32,000 nucleotides of DNA from Prochlorococcus marinus subsp. pastoris str. CCMP1986 (GCF_000011465.1 NC_005072.1:1320001-1352000), one strand, 5' to 3'. Shown: positions 17,265-25,358, numbered from the stretch's first letter. Program-made: numbers and translations. Notes: generated by a model not told the origin, from the letters alone.

Positions 17265-18467
17265 TTGCAAATTTCAACTCAATCAACTATTAAAAAATTT
17301 ATCCGCCAAGTTTGTTTACCATGGAATTCTATTCCATTAATAGATAGATGGTTAATAGCGCAAATATTACCTCCAATGTTATTTGCTATCTCTGCTTTTA
17401 CAGTTATTTCATTATCAGTGGGAGTAATGTTTGATCTAATAAGAAAAATAGTTGAATTTGGATTACCTTTATTTTTAGCTATAAAAGTTCTTTTTTTTAG
17501 CCTTCCAAGTTTTCTAGTTTTGTCGTTCCCGATGGCAGTTTTATTGTCTACGTTGTTAGCTTATGGGAAATTATCAGCAAATTCAGAATTATTAGCATTG
17601 AAATCTTTAGGAATAAAAACTTCAAGAATTATCGCTCCTGCTATTGCAGTTTCTATATTAATGACAGGCTTAACTTTTTATTTCAACGATAACTTGGTAC
17701 CTTCAAGTAATAAGTTAGCAGAATCTACTTTAAGAGCTGGTATTGGAAGTTCTTTTAGCAGTGAAGAAGGGAAAGATAATATTATGTTCTCTAGATATGG
17801 TTCAAGAATAGAATCGGCAACAAATAAGCCCACAAAGACTAATACATTCCTCACTCATATTTTCTATGCATCGTGGTTTGAAAATAACATTATGCAGGGA
17901 GTTACTGTTTTGGATTTTTCGAGACAAGATATACAGCAAATCTTAAAAGCAAAAAGTGCGGTATTTGATAAGGAAAACTCCTCCTGGATATTTTCAGATG
18001 GTAGTATTGTTTCTGTTGACCAAGGCGGTCAAACTACTAATATTCAATTTGAAAAATATAGGTATCCATTTGTAGAAGGGCCCTTAGATTTAGCCAGAGT
18101 CCCAAAAGATGCTACCGAAATGTCTCTTAAGCAAGCATTAGAGGCTGAGAGAATATACAAAGAGACAGGAAACTTAAAAGAAATAAGAAGAATTCAAGTT
18201 CGCATCCAAGAAAAATTTACTTTGCCTTTTGCATGCTTAGTATTCGGATTAATTGGAAGTAGTCTAGGATCAAAATCCAATTTAAGATCTTCCAAAAGTC
18301 AGGGATTTGGATTAAGCGTTATTCTAATATTAGTTTATTATGTGATGTCTTTTGTATTCAGTTCATTTGGAGTAAAGGGATTGTTAAGTCCAATAATTGC
18401 AACTTGGCTACCTGTTTTAATTTCTATGGGTGGTGGAATTTATTTCTTAAGAAAGGCTAGTTTATAA
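17265..18467 (+). CDS. LptF/LptG-family (YjgP/YjgQ) permease
   Basis: 400 aa. N-terminal IDRWLIAQILPPMLFAISAFTVI..., three N-terminal and three C-terminal hydrophobic spans around a large periplasmic-type loop. TTG start as in the ORF track. Confidence 0.85.
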   Translation: MQISTQSTIKKFIRQVCLPWNSIPLIDRWLIAQILPPMLFAISAFTVISLSVGVMFDLIRKIVEFGLPLFLAIKVLFFSLPSFLVLSFPMAVLLSTLLAYGKLSANSELLALKSLGIKTSRIIAPAIAVSILMTGLTFYFNDNLVPSSNKLAESTLRAGIGSSFSSEEGKDNIMFSRYGSRIESATNKPTKTNTFLTHIFYASWFENNIMQGVTVLDFSRQDIQQILKAKSAVFDKENSSWIFSDGSIVSVDQGGQTTNIQFEKYRYPFVEGPLDLARVPKDATEMSLKQALEAERIYKETGNLKEIRRIQVRIQEKFTLPFACLVFGLIGSSLGSKSNLRSSKSQGFGLSVILILVYYVMSFVFSSFGVKGLLSPIIATWLPVLISMGGGIYFLRKASL

Positions 18468-18523
18468 ATTTTGATTGATTGACAGCTAGTTTAAAATAAT
18501 AGTTATTTATCATCTAATATTTT

Positions 18524-18808
18524 GTGACTATTGAAACAACCGTTTTCACCTTTCAAATTTCAAATACATTTGAAGAGTAGGCGAAAATTTTTGATAGTCC
18601 AGAGATAGATGAATTTCATAAAAACTTAGGATTATCCCTTCTTTATAGAGGGAAAGGTTTAACAGATCCTAAAGAAGTTATTGTTATTCATCAAGCCAAA
18701 AAAGGAGTCGCTAAACATATATTTTCTGATCCCGAAACAATAAAGAATATTGAAGCTGGAGGTCATATATATAGCACTACAAAAATCACAAGTTGGTTAT
18801 CAGATTGA
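18524..18808 (+). pseudogene. paralog of ORF 27131-27412 interrupted by one in-frame TAG (18578-18580)
   Basis: The GTG-start frame reads VTIETTVFTFQISNTFEE*AKIFDSPEIDEFHKNLGLSLLYRGKGLTDPKEVIVIHQAKKGVAKHIFSDPETIKNIEAGGHIYSTTKITSWLSD. This is colinear with MSIETTVLDFKLSNTFEEYQAHMN...ASGHIYEGTIINRWIS, with TAG in place of TAT (Tyr). Confidence 0.6.
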
Positions 18809-18997
18809 TTGAATTACGAGATATATAGAAGATTACTTTCTCAGGGATGGAGGAAAATAAAACCAGTTTGATCATAAAAATTATTTACATCAACTTTTCA
18901 AAAGATTTAAAGACAGAATTTAAAAAAGCAATACATTAAATAACTCGCAGATTTGTAACTTAAATTTTAGGATTGATCTATAAATAAATTAAAAAAT

Positions 18998-19198
18998 ATG
19001 GGCGAAGCAAAAAGAAGGCAAGCATTGGGTATCCCTCCAAGAAAAAAAATATCAGATATAAATAAATCAGATAGGTATATTTCTTGGCTTCCACTTACCA
19101 AAACGAGAATTAAAAAATATCCATATATGGGAGTAGCAACAATGGCATTAGGTGCGATTATATTCTTAGTAAGTGGTGGATTTAATACTATTAGTTAG
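18998..19198 (+). CDS. small tail-anchored membrane protein, MGEAKRR-type N-terminus (66 aa)
   Basis: ORF-track ORF with a basic N-terminus and the C-terminal helix MGVATMALGAIIFLVSGGF. Confidence 0.5.
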   Translation: MGEAKRRQALGIPPRKKISDINKSDRYISWLPLTKTRIKKYPYMGVATMALGAIIFLVSGGFNTIS

Positions 19199-19253
19199 TA
19201 ATTAATAATTTCATTTCTAATTTTTTAGAGGCTTTTTATTTAAATCTTTAAAA

Positions 19254-19835
19254 TTAATTTTTATCAATTCTCATATATCCAAACCAATCAGGAATATTTT
19301 TTTCTTCTATATGATTATCATTCCGGATTAATTCTATTTCCCAATTTTTTATATTTTTTATAACCTCACAATCTTCTACATCAATAAAATCTTTAACAGC
19401 ATAAATATCATCTTTATGTTTTTTTTTGCAGTCAATTAGCCATTTCGATTTGGCCTTATTATTGGCCTCTGAAGGACTAGAGGCTACAACAAGGCCAAAT
19501 TCATGTTTTTCTTGCATAGAGCTTGGATCATATCCTCCAATATTTACAAACCATAATTTTTTTTTGGAGATTTTCTCTTTTTTTAAAATCTTATTTTTTG
19601 GTTCCCTATTCTCTTTATTTCTAAGATTTATTTTATAGCCATCAATTGAATCAATTTTTTTATAACTATCAATATGAAAGCCATTGTTAGATCCAAACCA
19701 ATCATTTCTTAATTGATCAAAAGTGTCCTCAATTTTTGAACCTATAACCCACCTGACGTCATGCAGTTCGATATTTGCTTTAGGAGATCTACCTCCAACC
19801 ACAACTAAAAAAAGAAATTTTTCATTAGGTTCCAT
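19254..19835 (-). CDS. DUF1543 domain protein (two tandem repeats)
   Basis: FLVVVGGRSPKANIELHDVRWVIGSKIEDTFDQLRNDWFG fits the DUF1543 signature (GGR...IELHDVRFV.G..IE.T...L...W). A second, degenerate copy starts at LWFVNIGGYDP. Confidence 0.7.
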   Translation of the reverse strand: MEPNEKFLFLVVVGGRSPKANIELHDVRWVIGSKIEDTFDQLRNDWFGSNNGFHIDSYKKIDSIDGYKINLRNKENREPKNKILKKEKISKKKLWFVNIGGYDPSSMQEKHEFGLVVASSPSEANNKAKSKWLIDCKKKHKDDIYAVKDFIDVEDCEVIKNIKNWEIELIRNDNHIEEKNIPDWFGYMRIDKN

Positions 19836-19930
19836 TTTTTTATCTTAAATAGAAAGTCAACTAAAATAAAGGGTTATCTGAAAGATATGATAAAAGGATT
19901 ATTTACAATACATCAATACTAATACTTGTT

Positions 19931-20563
19931 ATGGAACTAATTGGGAGATATAAAAATTCAGGATTTGAAGCAGTAGCTGATGGTGTTATTTCTTTCTTTG
20001 ATCGCCGCAAAGAATTACATACTAATGGAATTGCTTTCGGACAAAGTACATCTTTGAATTCTGATCCATATAAAGTTTCCACTGATATTAGTCTTGTATC
20101 AATAGACAGATCAGATCCAGAAGCCTTTGCAATGTCTGAAGTCATAATTAGAGGAGTTAATGCAGGACTAAAAAAATATCTTGAGGATCACCCTTTAATA
20201 AAAGAATGCTGCCCAGAACAATCTTTATTTGTTAACCCAATATTTAATTTGCAACGTTACGCACCAGGAGAGGGATTTAAGAAATGGCATTGTGATTGGA
20301 CTTTTAGTGATGAAGCTACAGAGCCTGTCAATAGAGTCTTAGCTTGGATTCTTTATTGTAATGATGTTAATTCTGGTGGGACTGAATTTCATTGGCAGAA
20401 TCATCATGAAATAGCTGAGAGGGGAAAACTTATTATCTTCCCAGCAGGTATATCTCACATTCATCGTGGAAGAGTGAATAATAAAGAGGTTAAAACTATT
20501 GCGACTGGTTGGGTTAATGCTGGCAAACTTGAAGAGTATATTTCACGCTTAGCTAATTCCTAA
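19931..20563 (+). CDS. 2OG-Fe(II) oxygenase superfamily protein
   Basis: HxD facial-triad start in KKWHCDW, distal His and Arg in ISHIHRGR, and GGTEF and LIIFPAG strands typical of the double-stranded beta-helix fold. Confidence 0.8.
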   Translation: MELIGRYKNSGFEAVADGVISFFDRRKELHTNGIAFGQSTSLNSDPYKVSTDISLVSIDRSDPEAFAMSEVIIRGVNAGLKKYLEDHPLIKECCPEQSLFVNPIFNLQRYAPGEGFKKWHCDWTFSDEATEPVNRVLAWILYCNDVNSGGTEFHWQNHHEIAERGKLIIFPAGISHIHRGRVNNKEVKTIATGWVNAGKLEEYISRLANS

Positions 20564-20671
20564 AATATTAAATATATATTTGTTAGACCAAAATTATTTC
20601 TTATCTTTTACTGCTCGATAAGTTTCCCTAGCATTGAATTTATATAAAATATATTACTCAAAAATACTTGT

Positions 20672-20815
20672 TTAGTTAAACCAACCTTTTTTCTTGGCTT
20701 TAATTTCTGGGACTGTTTTTATATTTGTTTTTTCATCAGTTCTACCTTTTATAATCATTAAAGGGACAATTCCCCACAACCCAAAAAACAATATCCAAAA
20801 TATGTAAACATTCAT
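20672..20815 (-). CDS. single-helix micro-protein (47 aa)
   Basis: MNVYIFWILFFGLWGIVPLMIIKGRTDEKTNIKTVPEIKAKKKGWFN. Confidence 0.4.
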   Translation of the reverse strand: MNVYIFWILFFGLWGIVPLMIIKGRTDEKTNIKTVPEIKAKKKGWFN

Positions 20816-21009
20816 AGTTAAAAAACAAAATCTTTTTCTATTTTAAATATATTTTCTATTTGTCTGTGGCTTTCTTTTTATAATTATCTTTGGGATGTGT
20901 AATCTACTTCAATAAACTATTTATAACTTGAAATTTGAGACATGATATAGTCAATATAAAGAGCAGATCAAAAACAATTAATAAGATCTCAATCAAAAAT
21001 ATAAAAACT

Positions 21010-21042
21010 AAAAAAGGAGCTTATAAAGCTCCCTTTTATTTT
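21010..21042 (-). terminator. intrinsic terminator downstream of hli 21057-21185 (bidirectional shape)
   Basis: Palindrome GGAGCT-TATAA-AGCTCC flanked by an A-run on the left and a T-rich run on the right. Confidence 0.6.
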
Positions 21043-21056
21043 AATTAATGTTTAAT

Positions 21057-21185
21057 TTAGAAAATACCTGGAACAATTTGACCAGTAAAGTAGTAAGCCC
21101 CAATAAGAGCAAACATACCTAGCATTGCTGCTTTACCGTTAAACTTTTCAGCTTTTTCGGTCATAAATTTCTTAACAAATTCCAT
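21057..21185 (-). CDS. hli: high-light-inducible protein, 42 aa
   Basis: MEFVKKFMTEKAEKFNGKAAMLGMFALIGAYYFTGQIVPGIF. An alternative start is the internal MTEK. A TATATT -10 box lies at 21208-21213 (minus). Confidence 0.85.
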   Translation of the reverse strand: MEFVKKFMTEKAEKFNGKAAMLGMFALIGAYYFTGQIVPGIF

Positions 21186-21463
21186 AATAAAGTAAAACAA
21201 AGTTATGAATATAAATTAATCAATTTAAACTTCCCTTGATGTAGTGTTTCCTACCAAAATTAAACTTTTTAAAAGAACTTAATTATTTTTTAATTTAATG
21301 GTTAATTTACTACCAAAACTTATCATGTCTTTAAAGAGGGGAAAATAATCATGAAAAACTATTAAAATAGATAACTACCAAATCATTTATAAAAATTTAA
21401 CAATCATCACATTGTCTTAATTAATACGGAATGAATAGAATAAAAATAAGTATAAATAACTAA

Positions 21464-21688
21464 ATGCCAGAAAGGACTCAATTAAATATAAATATCAATC
21501 CAGACTTATTAAAAAACCTCAAAAAAATAGCATTAGAAAATAATAGAAAGTTAGTTGAATTGATTAATGAAGTCCTGACGAATTATATTCAAGAAATAAA
21601 AAACGATCAAACAAAATATAGGAGTATTTTAGACGAATTAGATGATGTCAAAAATAGAATATCAGTTTTAGAAAATTCAAAAAATTAA
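21464..21688 (+). CDS. possible ribbon-helix-helix (CopG/Arc-like) small protein with coiled-coil tail
   Basis: MPERTQLNININPDLLKNLKKIALENNRKLVELINEVLTNYI fits a beta-strand/helix/helix layout. This is fold inference only. Confidence 0.45.
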   Translation: MPERTQLNININPDLLKNLKKIALENNRKLVELINEVLTNYIQEIKNDQTKYRSILDELDDVKNRISVLENSKN

Positions 21689-21782
21689 ATTAGATTTTTA
21701 TCTTTTTAGTAAATATAAAATTCCAAAAATAAAAAGTTTATACTTTAAATAATAAAAATTATATTCAGAAAATATTCCTGAT

Positions 21783-22076
21783 ATGAAACTCATAATTCTT
21801 ACTTCAATTTTTTTAATTTCAATACCTGTTTTTGCAGATGATATACAAAGAGAAATAGAGTATGAGGCTATTAATCTTGTTATTCAAAAATATGGAAAAG
21901 GTTTATCAAACAGATTAAAAGGAACTGGGTTAAAGCCAAGCTATCGAAGTTGGTATGAAAATGAATGTTTTGTGAGTGTTGCTGCTGGTACTTACCAAGA
22001 ATACAATTGGTCAGCAATGAAATGGTTTAGTGTGAATACCTGTTCTGATTCTGCTGAAATATTAGAAGCTGATTAA
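21783..22076 (+). CDS. secreted hypothetical protein (97 aa)
   Basis: Signal-peptide-like MKLIILTSIFLISIPVFA followed by DD; two Cys. Confidence 0.55.
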   Translation: MKLIILTSIFLISIPVFADDIQREIEYEAINLVIQKYGKGLSNRLKGTGLKPSYRSWYENECFVSVAAGTYQEYNWSAMKWFSVNTCSDSAEILEAD

Positions 22077-22138
22077 CAACTCATTATCTTACTATTTATA
22101 ATTTTGACTTCACTAAAAAGTAAATCAACCAATGATTT

Positions 22139-22618
22139 TTATTTAAAAAGACTCTCAAATTCTTTTTTTATGAATTTATATTCCGAATTAATCTCATTTA
22201 TTACTTCATCTACTTCATCTTTCAAATCTATAAATTTATTAATTTCTTTTTTACTTTTCGAATATAAGATTGATTCAAAAGTTCCAGGTTTTACCTTCTC
22301 AATCCAATATCCAGAGAAACAATAAAGGTTATTAGGAATAAGTTTTATCATGCGCGAATCCTTAGATATTTTATATTGATCAATCATCTTCATTATTAAA
22401 CGCCCTCTAGTTTTACTAATCCCAAATTTTGCAATATCTTTCGAAATTGACTTAACTTTAAGGGATACATTTTTCCTTTTTTGTATCGAATTCCTTGAAA
22501 GAATTTTTTCAAGAGAATAACAATAATTAAATAGCTTTGTATTTTCTTTTTTCGTAGGATAGATAATGCCAATTAAAGTAAATAGTAAAAAAGAACATAA
22601 AATTAGTTTTTTAAACAT
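22139..22618 (-). CDS. hypothetical protein with N-terminal signal/anchor (159 aa)
   Basis: MFKKLILCSFLLFTLIGIIY followed by a K-rich soluble domain. ORF-track ORF. Confidence 0.6.
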   Translation of the reverse strand: MFKKLILCSFLLFTLIGIIYPTKKENTKLFNYCYSLEKILSRNSIQKRKNVSLKVKSISKDIAKFGISKTRGRLIMKMIDQYKISKDSRMIKLIPNNLYCFSGYWIEKVKPGTFESILYSKSKKEINKFIDLKDEVDEVINEINSEYKFIKKEFESLFK

Positions 22619-22679
22619 TTTTAATTCAAGCTCTTTTAAAGTTTATATTAGAAATCTAATTAAGAAATGACATCCTTAA

Positions 22680-22772
22680 TTAATTTCCTTTTCTAGTTTT
22701 TGCAAGCATATATAAAGAATAATTAGGATAGGTGTCTGTCAAAATCTCAAGTCTTTCTTCCGTCATTTCCAT
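22680..22772 (-). CDS. micro-ORF (30 aa), second gene of an overlapping pair
   Basis: MEMTEERLEILTDTYPNYSLYMLAKTRKGN. Its start overlaps the end of ORF 22763-22903 by 10 nt. Confidence 0.3.
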   Translation of the reverse strand: MEMTEERLEILTDTYPNYSLYMLAKTRKGN

Positions 22773-22903
22773 TCTGGCATTAAATATCTTAATTTAATTA
22801 CTATCTCTAATAACTGATCATCTTCAAGGTTTAGTTTAGTTTTTCCGCTGATTTTTTTTGCACTAATATTTTTCAAATCTTTTTTTATATTCTCCGATAT
22901 CAT
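22763..22903 (-). CDS. micro-ORF (46 aa), first gene of an overlapping pair
   Basis: MISENIKKDLKNISAKKISGKTKLNLEDDQLLEIVIKLRYLMPEWK. Confidence 0.35.
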   Translation of the reverse strand: MISENIKKDLKNISAKKISGKTKLNLEDDQLLEIVIKLRYLMPEWK

Positions 22904-23102
22904 GTTATTAATCTAATTCTATTGTCTTCTTAAACATAAAAACAACATCTAAATTATTTTTTGTCTTCATAGGACGAATCAAGATTTTAACGCGAACTTT
23001 AATAAAAAAATTTTTAATTAATTTCCGATATAAACTAGAAGATATCAAACACTATTTTGATATAGGATTATTTTATTTTTCTTAAAAAATTGGCAAAAGA
23101 AA

Positions 23103-23234
23103 ATGAAACAGGAAATTAATTTTAGAATTTTAGAAACTATAGAGGCGTGTAAGAGTATCCATGATTTGAAGCAAGAGAAAGAAAATCATATATCAATAAA
23201 AGAACTAATAATCCTAGAGGAAATTTATGGATGA
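23103..23234 (+). CDS. micro-ORF (43 aa), first gene of an overlapping pair
   Basis: MKQEINFRILETIEACKSIHDLKQEKENHISIKELIILEEIYG. It overlaps the next ORF through ATGGATGA. Confidence 0.4.
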   Translation: MKQEINFRILETIEACKSIHDLKQEKENHISIKELIILEEIYG

Positions 23235-23490
23235 AGACTCTAGAAAGGTAACAGAGGAAGTATGGTTAATATGCCCTAACTCGACAGAAGTAAGACGTTT
23301 TACAAAGAATAAAAATAATAAAGATAAGTTTTTCGAATATATGTTTGTTGATAGTGGCATTATTATTGGCGTACTAGGTGCTAAACCTCCACTTATGAAA
23401 ACTAGAAAAGAAATTAAAATAGAAGCTGCTCGCAAAGAGTACCAACAATTAATCATTTCAGGTTGGCAAGTAACTATTCCAAAATGGTAA
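23227..23490 (+). CDS. hypothetical protein (87 aa)
   Basis: ORF-track ORF. The antisense ORF 23214-23456 is the less plausible alternative. Confidence 0.55.
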   Translation: MDEDSRKVTEEVWLICPNSTEVRRFTKNKNNKDKFFEYMFVDSGIIIGVLGAKPPLMKTRKEIKIEAARKEYQQLIISGWQVTIPKW

Positions 23491-23665
23491 GTAAATAGAA
23501 TTTTTTAATATTATACGAATCTCCTAATTATTTTTTTTCTGATCAATCATTCTTTTTGTACAAATTAAACATGATATTTAACTAATTTATAAAGAGCTGT
23601 ATGTAGGACTACCGCCTACCAATAACTAATAACCTATTTATTTCTTGAACTTTTAATTAAAGTAT

Positions 23666-23791
23666 CTATTTTTCGGAATTACTTAATGCTTTTTCAAATG
23701 TAGAAAATAATGTATATAAACTATTTAATGCGATCAACCAAATCACTAATGACATTCCATGTTGAGTTAATTGAATTGTTCTTTGAGTCAT
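23666..23791 (-). CDS. micro-protein (41 aa) downstream of leader element M
   Basis: MTQRTIQLTQHGMSLVIWLIALNSLYTLFSTFEKALSNSEK. AAGGA Shine-Dalgarno 10 nt upstream; the start is 19 nt after the element. Confidence 0.45.
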   Translation of the reverse strand: MTQRTIQLTQHGMSLVIWLIALNSLYTLFSTFEKALSNSEK

Positions 23792-23810
23792 AATTAGATT
23801 TCCTTAAAAC

Positions 23811-23937
23811 TATGGTTGACTTCAGCTGCATTCCTACAACTGTCTCATGACAACCATATTTTAATTTTAGGCAAGCTATTCAACCTTATAAGTAGATATA
23901 CTTACCTCTTTCCGTACCTTGTCGTTCCTTAAACCGT
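23811..23937 (-). ncRNA. structured leader element, copy M (126 nt core)
   Basis: On the minus strand: 32-nt box CGGTTTAAGGAACGACAAGGTACGGAAAGAGG, a 47-nt variable segment, then the 47-nt nested hairpin ATGGTTG-TCATGAGA-CAGTTG-TAGGAATG-CAGCTG-AAGT-CAACCAT. It is colinear with copy P without indels. Confidence 0.5.
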
Positions 23938-24027
23938 ACATCATGACGTTCATGAATGAGATAAATAATCATCATCACTTGGTCTAACAAGGTCATTTTT
24001 TAGTGCAAGGAGTAACTTATTCTCTAA

Positions 24028-24420
24028 CTATTTTGTCTTAGAAAGTAATAAAAGCCAACCACAGATTAAGGCAAAAGCCATTATCGAAGAAAAAATATTA
24101 TTCCATTGAGCAGTATCTGTTAAATATCTTTCTATCCAAAAAGGGATAAATAACACAACAAAATACCAATAAATTAGAGAAAGAATTCCAAACAACAAAG
24201 CTAAAAGAATATAAAAAGGTAATATACAAAAAAATCTTTTTCTTTCAATTTTTGAATATTGTCCTATTCCTATTTTTCCCCAATAACCTCCATTTAATTG
24301 AAGAAAAAACTTTAAGAATACTCCGTAAGTTGTTATAAAAAACTTAGCGAATCCCAGCAATGGTTTAAAAATTACCTTTATTAAATGCGAGAATAATTTC
24401 ACAAGTATTTTTATTTGCAT
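24028..24420 (-). CDS. polytopic membrane protein, unknown function (130 aa)
   Basis: ORF-track ORF with three or four hydrophobic spans. Confidence 0.6.
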   Translation of the reverse strand: MQIKILVKLFSHLIKVIFKPLLGFAKFFITTYGVFLKFFLQLNGGYWGKIGIGQYSKIERKRFFCILPFYILLALLFGILSLIYWYFVVLFIPFWIERYLTDTAQWNNIFSSIMAFALICGWLLLLSKTK

Positions 24421-24512
24421 AAATTAATGATACTACCAAAAATTTTTCTTATGTGAAAATAAAAATTGAATCAAGACAATGGTTCTGGCAAAGTGTCTAA
24501 AAATTAAATTAT

Positions 24513-24542
24513 TAAAAAAAACAACTCCCAAGAAGAGAGTTG
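24513..24542 (-). terminator. intrinsic terminator (minus strand)
   Basis: Minus-strand stem CAACTC / GAGTTG with a 9-nt loop, followed by eight T. Confidence 0.55.
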
Positions 24543-24600
24543 AATTTCTAACGTCGGAAGTTAATTTATTTCTTTTTCTCTTTTTTAGAGACTTAACAAT

Positions 24601-24645
24601 ATAAAAGCTTGCTTAATATCCCTATAAGCAAGCTCTCATGACGAT
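24601..24645 (-). terminator. hairpin-family copy T3, immediately after ORF 24661-24840
   Basis: Minus-strand reading ATCGTCATGAG + AGCTTGCTTA-TAGGGATAT-TAAGCAAGCT + TTTAT. Confidence 0.5.
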
Positions 24646-24660
24646 TTAATTTTTAAATAT

Positions 24661-24840
24661 TTATGCTGGCAATCTACAATCAAGTTCTATTGTTCCCTCA
24701 TCCATAAGGCGACCAATTTTTAAAACTAGTGCCATATCTAATCTTGAGAAATCTGATTGGTGATTTGTAATCCAATCTAATTCAGATAAAGTTATTACTC
24801 CAGTAGTATTAACTTTGAGGAAGAGTAATCCTAAATTCAT
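24661..24840 (-). CDS. hypothetical protein (59 aa from the internal ATG)
   Basis: MNLGLLFLKVNTTGVITLSELDWITNHQSDFSRLDMALVLKIGRLMDEGTIELDCRLPA. The longer ORF-track start (24876) would overlap the upstream micro-ORF. Confidence 0.5.
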   Translation of the reverse strand: MNLGLLFLKVNTTGVITLSELDWITNHQSDFSRLDMALVLKIGRLMDEGTIELDCRLPA

Positions 24841-24847
24841 TATGCTA

Positions 24848-24937
24848 TTAATTAGTTGCTTTTTTTCCCTTAGCAATCATCAGTACTGGTACTAAAAGAT
24901 ATGCAAAGAATGAGATTAAGAAAATATCTAAATTCAT
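24848..24937 (-). CDS. single-helix micro-ORF (29 aa) directly after the hli operon
   Basis: MNLDIFLISFFAYLLVPVLMIAKGKKATN. It starts 1 nt after the hli stop. Confidence 0.35.
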   Translation of the reverse strand: MNLDIFLISFFAYLLVPVLMIAKGKKATN

Positions 24938-24938
24938 T

Positions 24939-25067
24939 TTAAAAAATCCCAGGTATGATCCAGCCAAAAAGACCGTAATTAACTACTAATGCAAAAAAGC
25001 CCATCATTGCCATTCTTCCATTAGTTCTTTCTGCATTTTGCCAGTAATTAGGTTTTGAGTTTTCCAT
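24939..25067 (-). CDS. hli: high-light-inducible protein, 42 aa (divergent type)
   Basis: MENSKPNYWQNAERTNGRMAMMGFFALVVNYGLFGWIIPGIF, with the E..NGR.AM.GF signature. Confidence 0.85.
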   Translation of the reverse strand: MENSKPNYWQNAERTNGRMAMMGFFALVVNYGLFGWIIPGIF

Positions 25068-25097
25068 TTTTTTGTTTTAGTTATTTGAAGTTTGTAT

Positions 25098-25358
25098 TTA
25101 AACGAAACCTGGAATGATTTGACCTGTAGTTAGATATGCACCAACTGCAGCTATAAGTCCGATCATTGCAAATCTACCGTTGAGAGTTTCTGCAACAACT
25201 TTTTCCTTCTCGATTGTTTTAGTTTTTGTGTTTGAGTTTGTCATTTGATTTTTGTTTGAGTAGATTAAATTTTCTTCTTGAAATTGTTTAGTTAGGGAAG
25301 CAACGAGTAAAGCAGTTAGAGATACAATTAAAATCAAAAAAACTGCTAGTGGACTCAT
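25098..25358 (-). CDS. hli: high-light-inducible protein with extra N-terminal hydrophobic helix (86 aa)
   Basis: MSPLAVFLILIVSLTALLVASLTKQFQEENLIYSNKNQMTNSNTKTKTIEKEKVVAETLNGRFAMIGLIAAVGAYLTTGQIIPGFV. The start is taken at the TAATG junction; the internal MTNSN start (48 aa) is the alternative. Confidence 0.8.
   Translation of the reverse strand: MSPLAVFLILIVSLTALLVASLTKQFQEENLIYSNKNQMTNSNTKTKTIEKEKVVAETLNGRFAMIGLIAAVGAYLTTGQIIPGFV

Noticed and set aside
19426-19638. 70-aa plus-strand ORF inside the DUF1543 gene
   Set aside because: It is antisense to a domain-supported CDS, and its F/L/S-rich translation arises from the A-rich coding strand.
19903-20145. 80-aa minus-strand ORF overlapping the start of the 2OG-Fe(II) oxygenase gene
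   Set aside because: It competes with a motif-supported CDS and has no features of its own.
22104-22325. 73-aa plus-strand ORF overlapping the 3' part of ORF 22139-22618
   Set aside because: It has a non-ATG start and a low-complexity serine/phenylalanine-rich translation. The opposite-strand ORF is longer and has a signal/anchor sequence.
23214-23456. 80-aa minus-strand ORF antisense to ORF 23227-23490
   Set aside because: The plus-strand ORF is coupled to an upstream ORF by an ATGGATGA overlap and has a more protein-like composition. Only one of the two can be real, and this choice remains uncertain.
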